From Eledone cirrhosa (taxonomy: Eukaryota), in the NCBI GenBank assembly GCA_964016885.1, contig OZ024743.1:45446001-45510000 (forward strand): a stretch of DNA of 64,000 bases, read 5' to 3'. Position 1 is the stretch's first letter. Every line of letters starts with the position of its first letter. The notes under the pieces were generated by a model. It made no database searches, had not been told where the DNA came from, and worked only from the letters and a program-made list of their open reading frames with translations. This document shows, one piece after another, positions 1 through 16,459 of this stretch. The translations under genes were made by a program, and so were the position numbers.

Positions 1-26
1 TATATATATATATATATATTATATAT

Positions 27-348
27 ATACACAGAAACAAAATGGTGTAGGACAGAACAAAGGAGAGGCACAGAAACAAAGAAGGGAATCCCCAGTCACT
101 GAAGAGGTCAGAGTGTGTGACGGAGAACTATGACTATATATAAACAACTATCTGGTTGTGGAACCAACCAACCAACCAGAAATTTATGAATTTATAAATT
201 TATTATAAATTTACTATAATAAATTGAAGTGAAAGCAACTGGTGCGTGTGATTCTTATTGGCAACATGACCCTCCCAAAGTATAACAATATCGGTTTCAA
301 CACACGATTTCAGATAAAGAATCTTGCTAAACAAATTCAGAAGCGAAA
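27..348 (+). mobile_element. 3' end (pLTR) of PLE family B with degenerate hammerhead motif at ~94-136
   Basis: Matches the reverse complement of 10765-11098, which lies downstream of a GIY-YIG ORF fragment; agtca-CTGAAGA...tgact motif; flanked by (TA)n. Confidence 0.75.
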
Positions 349-350
349 TA

Positions 351-449
<99 letters not shown>

Positions 450-483
450 CATATATAATATATATATATATATAATATATATA

Positions 484-571
<88 letters not shown>

Positions 572-709
572 TATAATATATATATATAATATATATATAA
601 TATGTATATATATATATATATAATATATATATATATATATAATATATATATATATAATATATATAATATATATATATGATATATATATATAATATATATA
701 TATATAATA

Positions 710-793
<84 letters not shown>

Positions 794-951
794 TAGAATA
801 CATATATATATAATAGAATATATATATATATATAATAGAATATATATATATATATATATATTACATATATATACATATAATATATATATATATGTAATAC
901 ATATATATATAATATATATATATATAATATATATATGTAATATATATATAT

Positions 952-993
<42 letters not shown>

Positions 994-1168
994 ATACATA
1001 TATATATAATATATATATAATATATATATATATAATATATATATGTAATATATATATATATATATATAATATATATATATATATATGTAATATATATATA
1101 TATATATATATATGTAATATATATATATATAATATATATATATACATATGTAATATATATATATATAA
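347..1168. repeat. Degenerate (TA)n microsatellite
   Basis: Direct inspection. Confidence 0.98.
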
Positions 1169-1246
1169 TTGTTTCTACTTTAGGCACAAGGCCAGCAATT
1201 ACCCAGTGCGTTACTGGTACTTTATTTCATCGACCCCGTAAGGATG
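1169..1246 (-). mobile_element. 3' fragment of tRNA-derived Nin/Deu-domain-like SINE
   Basis: Same sequence as the full copies at 45097-45280 and 56611-56798 (catccttacggggtcgat core on the minus strand). Confidence 0.8.
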
Positions 1247-1345
1247 TTATATATATATATATATTATATATATATATATATAATATATATATATAATATA
1301 TATATATATATAATATATATATATATATATAATATATATATATAT

Positions 1346-3265
<1,920 letters not shown>

Positions 3266-3331
3266 ATAATAATAAAATTGAAGACTAAAATCCAAAGAGG
3301 GCTCGATAAGGAAAATATATATCAAATATAT

Positions 3332-3940
3332 ATTACGAAGCATTTTCCCCCTACACATAAATATAGTAAAATTTTTAATAGAAATACTATTAAAATGTCT
3401 TACTCTACGACTCCTAACCTTGCACATAACATCACAGCTTCAAATTTAGCTAAACTACCTAGCCGTAGGAACACGTGCAACCCTGTAGTTAGTACTAACT
3501 GTAATTGTAGGAATCGGGCTGATTGCCCCCTATCCGGGAAATGCCTCTCTAGTAACATTGTCTACAAATGTAAAGTTGTAACACCCACGTCCCGTAGGGC
3601 CTACGTAGGGTTAACCGCCAGTAGTTTCAAGCAACGTCTTTACATGCATACCCATTCTTTTCGTTACCCTCTAAGAAGGAATATGACGTCACTTTCAGCT
3701 TATATCTGGAGTCTAAAAGACAACCACACCCAATATAAGTTACACTGGGAGATCCTAGCTAGGGCTAGATCGTATAACGGAAATAAAAGACCATGTGACC
3801 TCTGCGCCGCTGAGGCCCTGGAAATACTCTACGCTACAGACCACATCTTAAACAAAAAATCTGAGGCAATTTCGGCTTGTAAACATAAATTGCACAAAAC
3901 TTTCCTGTATTACAGCCCCACGTTATACCCTAACGGATAG
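3332..3940 (+). pseudogene. PLE C-terminal Cys-linker + GIY-YIG endonuclease (5'-truncated, open frame)
   Basis: [19 protein letters not shown]...[27 protein letters not shown]; collinear with the C-terminus of the 14233-16459 PLE ORF. Confidence 0.9.
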
Positions 3941-4855
3941 CACGATCTATACGTGGATATTTTACGTCTTGATGTGGGAGCTAAGTATATGTTTTGTTTA
4001 TTCCTTTACTTATTTGCATAGGTAATTATATATTACCCGTATGTTTTGTGAAGGTATGTATACCTTCTCGTACGTATATTTGACTGTTATAGCGTATAAT
4101 TTTTACATATTCTGGTATTTAGTGTTTGGCTATGTGTATACGGGAGTTTTGCGTCCGCGTGAGTGTGCAGGTTCGTACGTATGGTGGGTGTGTGTATATG
4201 TGTACTTCTTGTTTTAGTTGACTTACGTCTCCGAACATTCGTGTATTTATATGTAGGTATGCATGTGCGCTTGTTATATACGTATTTATTTACTTATATA
4301 CGTTTATATAATTATTAATTTATTTGTACACAAGCATACACACACACACATATTTATATGTGCGTGGTTTTGTATACCCATGGTAAGGTTTTGCGTATGC
4401 TTGTGTATGTACGTATCTGTTTGCGTGTATGTATTTATTTGTTTCTATTACTTCTGTATTGTATTTATTTACTTTGTTCTTAACTCTGTAGCGGAGATTC
4501 ATTTGGTCTCCGAGTTAGAATTTTAGTCTACGATTTCTGCTATACCATTTACGTGGTTTTGTCTTTGCGTGCTATTGTTCTCCACGCTCCACATATGACT
4601 TATTATCTTCGTTTTTTCGTTCATTGCCAGAGAACGTCTCGATGCACCACCTAAGAGAACATTAGTCTACGACCTCTTTTATACCATAAACGTGGTTTTG
4701 TCTTTGCGCGGAATTGTTTTTCACCGCTCCTATTAATGACGTATTATTCGTTTTTTCCCGTTCTTTGCCAGCGAACGTTACCACGAACCAAAGTATCGTC
4801 TTCCTGTCTTCCTCCAGTTGCAACGTTTTTTGAAATATCCAGTTCTGCGTTTACA

Positions 4856-4925
4856 GATTGACTTTGTTAGTTTCAGAAGATCCCGTTAAGGGTGAAAGCA
4901 GCGATTCTTTGCTTAAACTTTAATC
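4856..4925 (+). ncRNA. Type I hammerhead-like motif of PLE family A, core CAGAAGA (U4A variant)
   Basis: Stem I agttt/aaact (extended by gattga/ttaatc), CAGAAGA, stem II ccc-gttaa-ggg, GAA, stem III AGCAG/TTGCT, CUU site. About 11 copies in the window. Confidence 0.7.
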
Positions 4926-5014
4926 TGTTATTTTAATAAATATATATATATATAATATATTAAATATATATAATATATATATATAATATATATATATAAT
5001 ATATATGTGTGTGT

Positions 5015-5288
<274 letters not shown>

Positions 5289-5922
5289 TAGCGTTGGTTA
5301 ACCCAATATTTCCAATTTACATCGTCAAATTGAGATTTGACCGACATAGCTTCTGTTGCTTTGTGAACTAACTTTCGGTGAGTGCTGTGTTGGTACATCT
5401 TATATTTGTTTTTTCTCGGACATCGCTTCGGCGTGTGTGAAAGTATGTGTGTGTACCCACCCACGCTAATTCTACGGGTTTAATACTGTGTTGATGTGTG
5501 TATATATATGTATATATTTTTATTTGACCTCGAGCCGATGTATGTAGGTGTGGAGTGTGTGTCTATCCACTCACTTTTAACTGTGACTGACTGTATTCCT
5601 ACAGATTTGATTGATGTCCAGCGTCTTTTGCAGCGATAGAAATCTGAAAACGTTTATAACCTCAACTAAAGCTAATAGCAGTCGCCATTTCTCTGACTGA
5701 CTGGTGTGTCTCCATATGAGGGAATGAATTCTTTGAGAGAACATCGTTATTTTTTCTCCCTCATATCAAGAATTTGAAGACAATTCATTTTCACCTGATC
5801 AGATCAGTGATAATCGATCATGGCTTCACAATCGATCTATCTCTTATTAAAACATGTGTCGTGATTAAATGATTGGAATTTTACCTTGCCTTCGGATTTT
5901 CATTTTGATATATATATATATA

Positions 5923-5961
<39 letters not shown>

Positions 5962-6682
5962 CGTGTGGGGGGGGGGGGCATTTCTTATGCCCACAAAAGT
6001 ATTTTTCTCAGCATCCTATTAAATGACACTCAGCTGTTTAAAAGCTTATATACATTCTCTGTTACACAACACAATAAAGACTAAAGTATCTAGCTGTTGT
6101 TTCATCTCTAATTATAGCAAACAGAATACCACACCCACCTAGGTCCATGTAATGCAATTGATGTTCCTTTACTATTCTTATTTGTCTCGAACACCAAATG
6201 TTAAACTCCATATTACTCTCTTACTGGGTATAAATGGCCTACATATTTCAATCCAGCATTCTGGTAATGCCTATATAACTAAGTTACCCGAGTCGTGTAG
6301 AGACTTTATGATGAGAGTTGGATTTAGAAACGTATTTCTGTGTCTATGTTTTCTTTAAACGATACGAGAAATTAGTGAAAATTTATTCAAAGTTCATTAT
6401 TCATTATTCAAATTTCATTTTATGGTGAAGAGTTCTCCTTATTTCCTGTGAATTAACATATCTCCGGGCCTAGAGAATATATCTTTATATTCTAGTCTCA
6501 TTTTAAATTATCCACAGATTTTAAACAGCACAAATAATTTCGGCTGAAATATATTTTCAAAACTATCAGCATATTTGGGCATACAAAATGGAAATTATCA
6601 CGAAGGTATATGTTAAATACCTAGAATATATCTATATGACTTGCCGCTGTATAATCCATAGCCATTAAGTATATATGAATAT

Positions 6683-6767
<85 letters not shown>

Positions 6768-6774
<7 letters not shown>

Positions 6775-7317
6775 TGTATATATAGCATATTTGATAATAT
6801 ACTGTATGTTTAATTAAAAACATTTTGAAGACTATTCGCTAAGAATTTTAAAGTAGTGTCACTTACTTATTCTCGGCAAAAACAAAGGGGAGTAATCGAC
6901 AGTCCTGTTTCTCGCTCGTTAGTGGTTAACAAGACTACTTACCCCTTCGCTTCTGCCGAAAGTTATAGAAAGTGGATTCTTATAGAATTCCAGTAATGTT
7001 AAATAGCTGATTAAACGGGGAGGTTGCCAGTCCAACAAAAATTAAGTGCTCTGAAATAGCGATGTATATATGAATGTATGTATAGTATATATTAATATAC
7101 TTTACGTTTAATTAAAAACATTTTCAAGACCATTCGCTATGAGTTTTAAAGTAGTGACTATGTCACTTATTCATTTGCTTTTGCTGAGAATAAGTATGTG
7201 ACATAGTCATTACTTTAAAATTCATAGAAAATGGTCTTCAAAATGTTTTTAATTAAACGTACAGTATATTAATATATACTATACATGCATTCATATATGC
7301 ATCGGTATTTCAGAGTA
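6768..7317. repeat. ~300 bp partial tandem plus inverted copy (foldback) next to (TA)n
   Basis: 6768-6870 repeats at 7067-7172; 7187-7317 is the reverse complement of 7047-7172. Confidence 0.8.
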
Positions 7318-7545
7318 TCGCCTCAGCCGGGTGGCTAGAACAGGTAAAAGAGTAAAAGAATATATATTCTAGTGTAATTGGTATTTTTAGCACGATAGGA
7401 TTTTGTATACATGTCTTTTCGGAAAATTCTTTCCAATGAGTATGATACATAGCCTATTGTAATTATTTTATATTAAATTACTCTATCTTGAGCAGTTTAA
7501 CTTCACCACATAATTTTTTTATATTGTTTTTGTAAAAAACGATAT

Positions 7546-7575
<30 letters not shown>

Positions 7576-7576
<1 letters not shown>

Positions 7577-9685
7577 GTAATAATAATAAATTTAAAGTCT
7601 AAAATCGTAAGAGGGCTCGATAAGGATAAATATATATCAAATATATAAGAACCGTAGAGTAAATATTTATTAAAATAACAGATTAAAGTTTAAGCAATGA
7701 ATCGCTGCTTTCACCCTTAACGGGATCTTCTGAAACTAAAAAAGTCAATATGTGAACGCAGAAGTAAATATTTCAAAAAACGTTGCAACCGAAGGAAGAA
7801 AGGAAGACGATACTTTGGTTCGTGGAAACGTTCCCTGGCAAAGAACGAAAAAAAACGAAGATAATACGTCATATTACAATGAAGCTCCTGCTCGGAGTGG
7901 ATTTGTCGATAAGGTAGCTTATACAGAGTACGAGAATAGACCTAGGAAAAATAGATCCCGACTCATTATATGGTATAACCCACCATATAATATGGAGGTG
8001 GCCACACGATTAGCTAAGATCTTTCTCTCCCTTATTATAAAGCATTTCCCCCCAGCACATAAATATAGTAACATTTTTAATAGAAATACCATTAAAATTT
8101 CTTACTCTACAACTCCTAACCTTGCACATAACATCACAGCTTCAAATTTAGCTAAACTACCTAGCCGTAGGAACACGTGCAACCCTGTAGTTAGTACTAA
8201 CTGTAATTGTAGGAATCGGGTTGACTGCCCCCTATCCGTGAAATGACTTTCTAGTAACATTGTCTACAAATGTAAGGTTGAAACACCTACGTCCCGTAGG
8301 GCCTACATAGGGTTAACCGCCAATAGATTCAAGCAGCGTATTTACATGCATACACATTCTTTTCTTAACCCTTTAAGAAGTAATATGACGTCACTTTCAG
8401 CTTATATCTGGAGTCTAAAAGACAACCACACCCAATATAATTTACACTGGGAGATCCTAGCTTAGGCTAGATCGTATAACGGAAATAAAAGACCATGTGA
8501 TCTCTGCGCCGCTGAGGCCCTGGAAATACTCTACGCCAAAGATCACACCTTAAACAAAAAATCTGAGGCAATTTCGGCTTGTAAACATAAATTGCACAAA
8601 ACTTTCCTGTATTACAGCCTCACATTATACCCTAACAGATAGTACGAACTATACGCGGATATTTTAGCTAAGTATTTGTTATGTTTATACCATTACTTAT
8701 TTGTATATATTACCTCTATGTTTTGTGAAGGTACGTATATTTTCTCGTACGTATAGTTGCTTGTATATGTTATGGCGTATATATTATATATACTGGTACA
8801 TGTGCATTTGGTTACGTGTATACGTGAGTTTGCGTCAGTGTGAGTATGCGGGTTCGTACCCCTGTAGGGTGTGTGTATATGTGTACTTTGTGTTTTGGTT
8901 GACGTACGTCCGCGAACATATTGCGTGCGTTATATATGTATTTATGTGTGTATATTTATATATATTATGTATACACGCACACACATATATATATATATTT
9001 TTTTTTTATATATATTTATATGTGTATTTGGTGTATACGTTCGTATGTGTGCGGGTTCAGGCGTTGTGTGGGTTCTGTATGTGCGTGCGTGTTTTTTTTG
9101 TACGTGCTTGTATTTCCATACCCACGGCGAGTGTTTTCGCGTATGGTTGTTTACAAACGTATATGGATGCGTGTATGTATATATTTAATTTCAATTACCT
9201 CTGTATTTTATTTACTTTATTCTTAACTTTGAAGCTGAGAATCATTCGGTTTCCTAAATAGAATTTTTGTCTACGATTTCTGTTATACGATTTACGTGCT
9301 TTTGTCTTTGCGTGCAATTGTTCTCAACGTCCACATAATGACGTATAATTTTCGTTTTTTCCGTTCATTGCCAGATAACGTCTCCATGAACCACCTAATA
9401 GAATATTAGTCTACGACTTCATTTATACCATAAACGTGGTTTTGTTTTTGCGTGTAATTGCTTTCACCGCACCAAATTATGACGTATTATCTTCGTTTTT
9501 TTTGTTCTTTGCCAGGGATCGTTTCCACGGACCAAAGTATCGTCTTTCTGTCTTCCTTCGGTTGCAACGTTTTTTGAAATATATATTTCTGCGTTCACAG
9601 ATTGACTTTTTTAGTTTCAGAAGATCCCGTTAATGGTGAAAGCACCGATTATTTGCTTAAACTTTAATGTTATTTTAATAAATAA

Positions 9686-9686
<1 letters not shown>
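7576..9686 (+). mobile_element. 5'-truncated PLE family A copy (inverted pLTR 7576-7872; thumb/linker/GIY-YIG pseudogene 7873-8643; 3' UTR, HHR ~9600-9668)
   Basis: YYNEA...IIWYNPPY...[19 protein letters not shown]; in-frame stops further on. Confidence 0.92.
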
Positions 9687-9734
<48 letters not shown>

Positions 9735-9746
9735 TATATATATATA

Positions 9747-9960
9747 CTATCTGGTTGTGGAACCAACCAACCAACCAGAAATTTATAAATTTGTAGATTT
9801 GTAAATTTATAAATTTATAAATATATAATAAATTGAAGTGAAAGCAACTGGTGCGTGTGTTTCTTATTGGCAACATGACCCTCCCAAAGTATAACAATAT
9901 CGGTTTCAACACACGATTTCAGATAAAGAATCTTGCTAAACAAATTCAGAAACGAAATAT
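9747..9960 (+). mobile_element. PLE family B terminal piece, inverted relative to 10765-10975
   Basis: Near-identical to 147-348; faces the minus-strand copy across ~800 bp of (TA)n. Confidence 0.8.
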
Positions 9961-9998
9961 ATATATATATATATATAAATAAATATATATATATATAC

Positions 9999-10029
<31 letters not shown>

Positions 10030-10052
10030 CGTATATATATATATATATATAT

Positions 10053-10206
<154 letters not shown>

Positions 10207-10249
10207 TTATATACATATATATATACATATATACATATATATACATATG

Positions 10250-10312
<63 letters not shown>

Positions 10313-10465
10313 GTATATATATGTATATATGTATATATATATGTATATAAATATGTATATATACATATGTATATATATGTATATATGTATATATATATGT
10401 ATATAAATATGTATATATATATATGTATATATATATATATGTATATATATATGTATATAAATATG

Positions 10466-10579
<114 letters not shown>

Positions 10580-10581
10580 TA

Positions 10582-10682
<101 letters not shown>

Positions 10683-10705
10683 GTATATATATATATATAT
10701 GTATG

Positions 10706-10764
<59 letters not shown>

Positions 10765-11650
10765 TTCGTTTCTGAATTTGTCTAGCAAGATTCTTTATCT
10801 GAAATCGTGTGTTGAAACCGATATTGTTATACTTTGGAAGGGTCATGTTGCCAATAAGAAACACACGCACCAGTTGCTTTCACTTCAATTTATTATATAT
10901 TTATAAATTTATAAATTTACAAATCTACAAATTTATAAATTTCTGGTTGGTTGGTTGGTTCTACAACCAGATAGTTGTTTATATATAGTCATAGTCCTTT
11001 CGTGACACACTCTGTGACCTCTTCAGTGACTGGGGATTCCTTTCTTTCTTTCTGTGCCTTTCCTTTCTTCTGTCCTACGCCATTTTGTTTCTGTGTGTGT
11101 GTTGTGTGCTCAGTTTGCGCATGCGCCACATCCGGGTGTCTGTGTGTGTTTGTGTTCATTTATCTATTTGTTTATTTATTTACATGTTATTGGTTGGTTG
11201 TTTGTTCTATGTGTGTGTGTGTTTTCATTTTGTCCTTAATTGTAAGTTGTGATGTTGCTGTTCCACTCATATTTTCTATTTAATTTTGGTTGTAATTCTT
11301 TTATGTTTATTGCCTCTGTAATTTGTCTAAACATTGCATCTTTTCTGTGTGTAGATTCTATTTTTATTTCTATGTTCTCTAATTTACCCTTGTGTTCTAT
11401 CTTAGCATGTTGGTAGAGTACAGATGATTCTTTATTATCTTGAACGTCTCGCCAGTGTTCATTTATCCGTTCCCCTATACTACGAGCTGTCTCACCTATG
11501 TACACTATATTTTTGTTTCTACATTGTCCTTCAGTACATCTTATACTATACACTACATTTCTAGTTTTACAGTTAATATGGGGGCTTATTTTACAGGTTA
11601 TACATTTCTTATCTATACATGAGGGTCTTTGGAACGGGTATGTCTTGCTA
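10765..11650 (-). mobile_element. 5'-truncated PLE family B (Neptune-like, tentative): GIY-YIG fragment ~11650-11236, 3' UTR, HHR 11031-10987
   Basis: KTYPFQRPSCIDKKCITCKISPHINCKTRNVVYSIRC...YIGETARSIGERINEH...RQITEAINI...LNRKYEW. Confidence 0.88.
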
Positions 11651-11676
11651 GAGTATAAAAGTTTTAATATAGATGA

Positions 11677-11725
11677 GATTCTACAGGACTAGAACTGTTT
11701 CATTCTTTAGAAATCATCAGGAATC
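11677..11725 (-). ncRNA. Canonical type I hammerhead motif within a ~147 bp perfect foldback (11650-11796)
   Basis: Minus strand: gattc CTGATGA t-ttc-taaa-gaa-t GAAA cag-ttctagtc-ctg TA gaatc. Confidence 0.8.
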
Positions 11726-11853
11726 CTGATGATTTCTAAAGAATGAAACAGTTCTAGTCCTGTAGAATCTCATCTATATTAAAACTTTTATACTCTGCAA
11801 TGTATTGAGTACCTTACTTACTGTGGTTACCTCCGATTCAACCCGGAATAACG

Positions 11854-11890
<37 letters not shown>

Positions 11891-11929
11891 ATATATATTT
11901 ATTTATATATATATATAAATAAATATATG

Positions 11930-11960
<31 letters not shown>

Positions 11961-11999
11961 ATATATTTAAAAAAATAGAGGTGTAACACACGAGTTGTG

Positions 12000-12605
12000 A
12001 TATATTGGTAAAAGGAAAAGAAAATGCTGACAAATTGTTCCCAGTGAAAAATAGTTTAATTAGTACACACACATATTTGTCTTAATAGGCACCTGAACTG
12101 TTGACCTTTCAACATCACTGCAATTCACACACACACATCCCTACTGACCATTATCACAACAATGAACCTCTTTACTATACACGCACACACACATATTTGT
12201 CTTAAAAGACTTATTTTTCAGTGACTTCTCAATCATACGAAAAAGTACACTCTTCGACAAACCTACATTTGGCGCAAGATCAATTTTTAACATTCACGTG
12301 ACCTCTACCGACCAATCAAAATTGTTTTGACCACAAGAATTTTTGCAACACTAATTGGCGTGAAACTTATTTTAATGCCTCTGGAGACACTTATTTCACA
12401 TAAAACAGGTACAATTTCCAAAATTGATCAGATTAGAGCAAACATCACGAGCGCACTATCTCAAAATTATTTTTGAAAAGCATTAGAAATGCGCAACCGG
12501 TAAAAGCTTAAAACTAAAACTGAATACTTATTACTAATTTTTGATTATTCCTAATTAAACTATTTTTCCATGGGAACAATTTGTCAGCATTTTCTATTCC
12601 TTTTA

Positions 12606-12612
<7 letters not shown>
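12000..12612. mobile_element. Unclassified element with ~65 bp inverted ends, inserted in (TA)n
   Basis: 12000-12063 is the reverse complement of 12551-12612; no ORF. Confidence 0.5.
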
Positions 12613-12675
<63 letters not shown>

Positions 12676-12801
12676 AAGTTTTATTTAAATTGTTGGGTTA
12701 CAACGAGTAAATATTTATAACTGATATAAAAGCACTCAACAAGTATTTGGAGTATATTTACGATATTAAATAAATGGAAACTATATTTATAAAACCATAT
12801 T

Positions 12802-12867
12802 TATTTCATTATATATATTTCAGGGATATCATATTAAAAATATGGTATGCCTTCTTCAGACAAAATA
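12802..12867 (-). ncRNA. Minimal type I HHR in family C pLTR (also 16638-16703 -, 17397-17462 +, degenerate 19214-19280 +)
   Basis: tattttgt CTGAAGA aggcataccatatt-ttt-aatatgatatccct GAAAT-ATAT-ATA atgaaata; palindromic loop III. Confidence 0.8.
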
Positions 12868-14232
12868 CAATATAAACAGTCTTATAAATAGATAGATTTG
12901 ACATACCTTACAACTTCAACTTCCATTTAAAAAGTTGATTTGGTAGTGAAAAATGTTAGGGACAGTTATAAAAAGAAAGAAAGAAAGAAAGCGAAGAAAA
13001 AGAAGAAATGCATGCAACGAAAAACAGAGAGAGATAGATATAGAGAGATAGATAGAGAGAAGAAATTCATGTAAAGAAAAAACAGAGAGAGATAGATAGA
13101 GAGAGAAAAAAACACAGATGGAGATAGATAGAGAGAGAGAGAGAGAAGAGAGAGAGAAAAAATAGAGAGAGATAGATATAGATAGAGATAGAGAGAAAGA
13201 AAATAGGTAGTTGGGCACCAGTTGAATGACGTATCAATGATATATTTATTTATTTATTTATTTAGTTCTAGTATTAAGGTAGAGAGAGATATATGTGGTT
13301 AGGAGAGAAAACAGCCGTTACATAGAGAGAAAAGAAAAATATCCAGAGATAAACGAGGCAGATTTAAAACATTATGTTTCATCAATCTAAAAATATCAAT
13401 TCGTATGAATTAGGTATTATAATGTAAATATCAGTATTCATGAATGAGACACGTATCAATAATGTGTGAAAAATAATGATCATATGTCTAGTTTAAAATT
13501 CCTAGGTTTATATCAGAACAGATAAAAAACTGAGTTAAAAAACTGAGATAAAAACTGAGTTAAAAAAACTGAGATAAAAAAACTGAGATAAAAAACTGAG
13601 ATAAAAAACTTCAAAAAAAATTATATATGCACTTTCATGAAAAAAGAAAAAAGAAAAATGAAAAAAGAAAAAGAAAAAGAAAATAGAAGGTTATCCCAGA
13701 TTCGATACTATAGACTTCCATGTGAATTTACGTGATCAACTCTGCAAATTCCTATTTCACATGAAAACATTCTCATTGTGCTATAAAAATTCTAGTATAC
13801 ATATATGTGTACATACACACAAATATATATAGAATCTACATTAATTTTAACAATACTATTCTTGTCTTTACTCTACATGATTATCGTTCAAGCATAAATA
13901 GACAACAGATATCAATATATCAATAAAAATATCAAAAAAATTAAAAATATTAAAAATATTAAAAATATTAAAAATATTAAAAATAAAACACAGTATGCCC
14001 CGCAAATCAACCACAGAGATCACCAAAAGTTTAGGATACCCATTTGATCTACAGATGGTCTTATATTTATTATAGAAGTTTATCTAGTGTAAAATTTATT
14101 CGATATATTTGGAGCATCAGCTTTTAGGGTAGTTTAATTATTCATGAAGAATGTTTAAAAAGAAAAAAAAAAAAGAAATCGAAAGATTTATCGGCGAGTT
14201 TCATAAATAATTATAAATCATAAGTAAATATA

Positions 14233-16459
14233 CTACATTTTAAATTTATATTTATATTTAAAAGTTGAGTTCAATCTATGTCTGCAGCAACTGAATAAAT
14301 TTGTCCGTAAATTAAGGGAATTTTTAGATTTTAGTATAAAGAATATCTCCTCTGCGCAGAGGTCACATGTCTCAGAGGATGAATTAAAAGGAATCCCTCT
14401 TGAGACTATATTCCAAGCCGTCGAATATCCAACGTTATCATGCTTAAGTTGCCAGAGTAAGCCTGATAGTGATGTTGAAGATTTTTTGCTTGGATCTGTG
14501 AAAGAATTCTTGTGGTTATTATAGCGAAGTTTAAATTCTGTCGAGGTGGAACCAACATAGTTAAAAGAATTTAAGTCCGTTTTAACATTACAGTTGTATA
14601 TTATATTTTTAACTAAGCAATTGTTATTTAACGGACATTTAGATCTATCTCTACAGTTACATTTGTTTACTTGGATATTATTTATGCTATTATCGGTATT
14701 TTGGCTAGGTTTTAAATTCCTATTATTTATTCTATTAATATTTTGTGCTAAGTTTTTGGTGGATGAGTAAGTTAATTTTATAGTATGTCTATTGAAAATT
14801 GAGTGATACCTATGTGTTCTAGGGAAGCGATTATCAAGAGCATTAAAAAATAGTTTAGCGATGTGGGTTTTAATGTTTAGTGAGAAAGGGGGGGGGGGCA
14901 AACCATATTATATTCCTAGTTCTATTTCTTTTTTGGCTTTTGGAATTATTGTAATGCTTTCTATTATAGTTGTTAAAGTTGTTGCCGTAATTAAAATTGT
15001 TGTTATTTGGGTTAGTTTGTCTATTATTATCTATGTACATAATTTTATCACTATATCCTGCTCTAGCTAACGCTTCATTGTAATACTGGGCTTTTTCGTC
15101 GAAAATCTTTTTATTAGATGAGATTCTAGGGATACGTTTTTGAACAGAGTTCACTATAGTATTTTTAACAGATCTGGGGTGGTTAGAGTTAAAACTGACA
15201 TAGTTTAAGTTTTCATTCAACTTGTGAAATGGATAGTGAAGACATGTGTTGAGATTTAATGTTACATCTAGGAAATTGACTATTCTATGGTTATTCTCAA
15301 TTTCTATTTTTAGATTAAAGTAATTAAAAAATTGTGTAATTTGTTTTCTTTTTCTATTTAGTTCGGAGTTATTATTTTCAATAAGTAAAAGCATGTCATC
15401 TCTATATAAACCTCCGGTAGCACCGGGTATTTTCCTATGCAGCGAATTGATTATAAATAGGCCCACAAGGTCAGTTACCTGAGCTGAGTCGGATGATCCC
15501 ATAGTAATGTCGAAATTGTTATCTCTATCTGCTCTGGTCCATAGTTGGTCATTAAATTCTATCAATGTTTTCCTAGCCGATAATATAATGTGCATTTCAT
15601 TGCTAGTTAGGTCTGTATGTTTGAATGCGTAATTTAGTGCATTATTTAGTAGATTAGGGGTAATAGATGAATAATAGTTAGCAATATCTAGTTGAATAAA
15701 TTTATTATTATTGTTATATTTAATTTCTTTAAACCACTCAATAACCTCTCCAGTTCCCTTCCACAAGCTCAAGTTAGGTAAACAATTCAAGTTTTTAATT
15801 TGCTGTATCACCCTGTCTAGAATGTTTTTGCTTAGTTTACCCAGGTCAGATTTTGATGGTGCAATCAATCTGACTGGCAGGTCATTTTCAAAATTTCTTT
15901 TGTGATCTTTCATATTGATTTTAGGTTTCCTGGGCACGAAAGGTTGTTTTTTGTTCTCAATTTCCAACTCATGCATTATACAAGATGCCTCAACATTCAT
16001 TTTCTCAAGCTCGGCCTTATCTGCTACCTTGTACTTTTTCCTCAGTTCTTTCAGTATGAGGCCATTATACATGTCTTTTTGCACTCGATAGAGGTTGTTG
16101 GTCTTGTCAGATTTCACCAAGATCTTCTCAGTTTTCTCTAAGCTCTCAATATTATGCTTAATGCCTTTCAGATATTCCTGGCCTTTGAAGTTTCTCTTGA
16201 ATTTGACTCCTTGTATGATAGAAATTATATCGTTTTCAAAGTCAAATAAAAGTTTGTTGGGGGGTGGATTTTTTTTAGATTTGAAAACTTTGTCTAAGTC
16301 CGAGACATTTTCATTTATATTAGATTTATCAAAGTGGAATGCACGCCACCTGATTCTCCTTATAAAAGAGTCCGATTTATCTATTAATTGTTTAATAAAG
16401 TCTTTGTTTCTAGGTAGAGGTATGTCTTTTAAAAAGGAAAAAATCTTAAAGAATTCCAT
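14233..16459 (-). CDS. PLE reverse transcriptase + GIY-YIG endonuclease (~740 aa), split by a +1 frameshift in an 11-G run at 14888-14898
   Basis: SDKTN, RLIAP, QLDIANYYSSI, ITMGS, LYRDD, NFLDVTL, H..S, IIWF.PPFS, CNCR..CPL...C, IIY/YVG, CDLC, CCRH. Confidence 0.93.

Noticed and set aside
14888-14898. Programmed frameshift in the PLE ORF
   Set aside because: PLEs have a single ORF, and the equivalent WYNPPY region of family A is in frame; a homopolymer indel is simpler.
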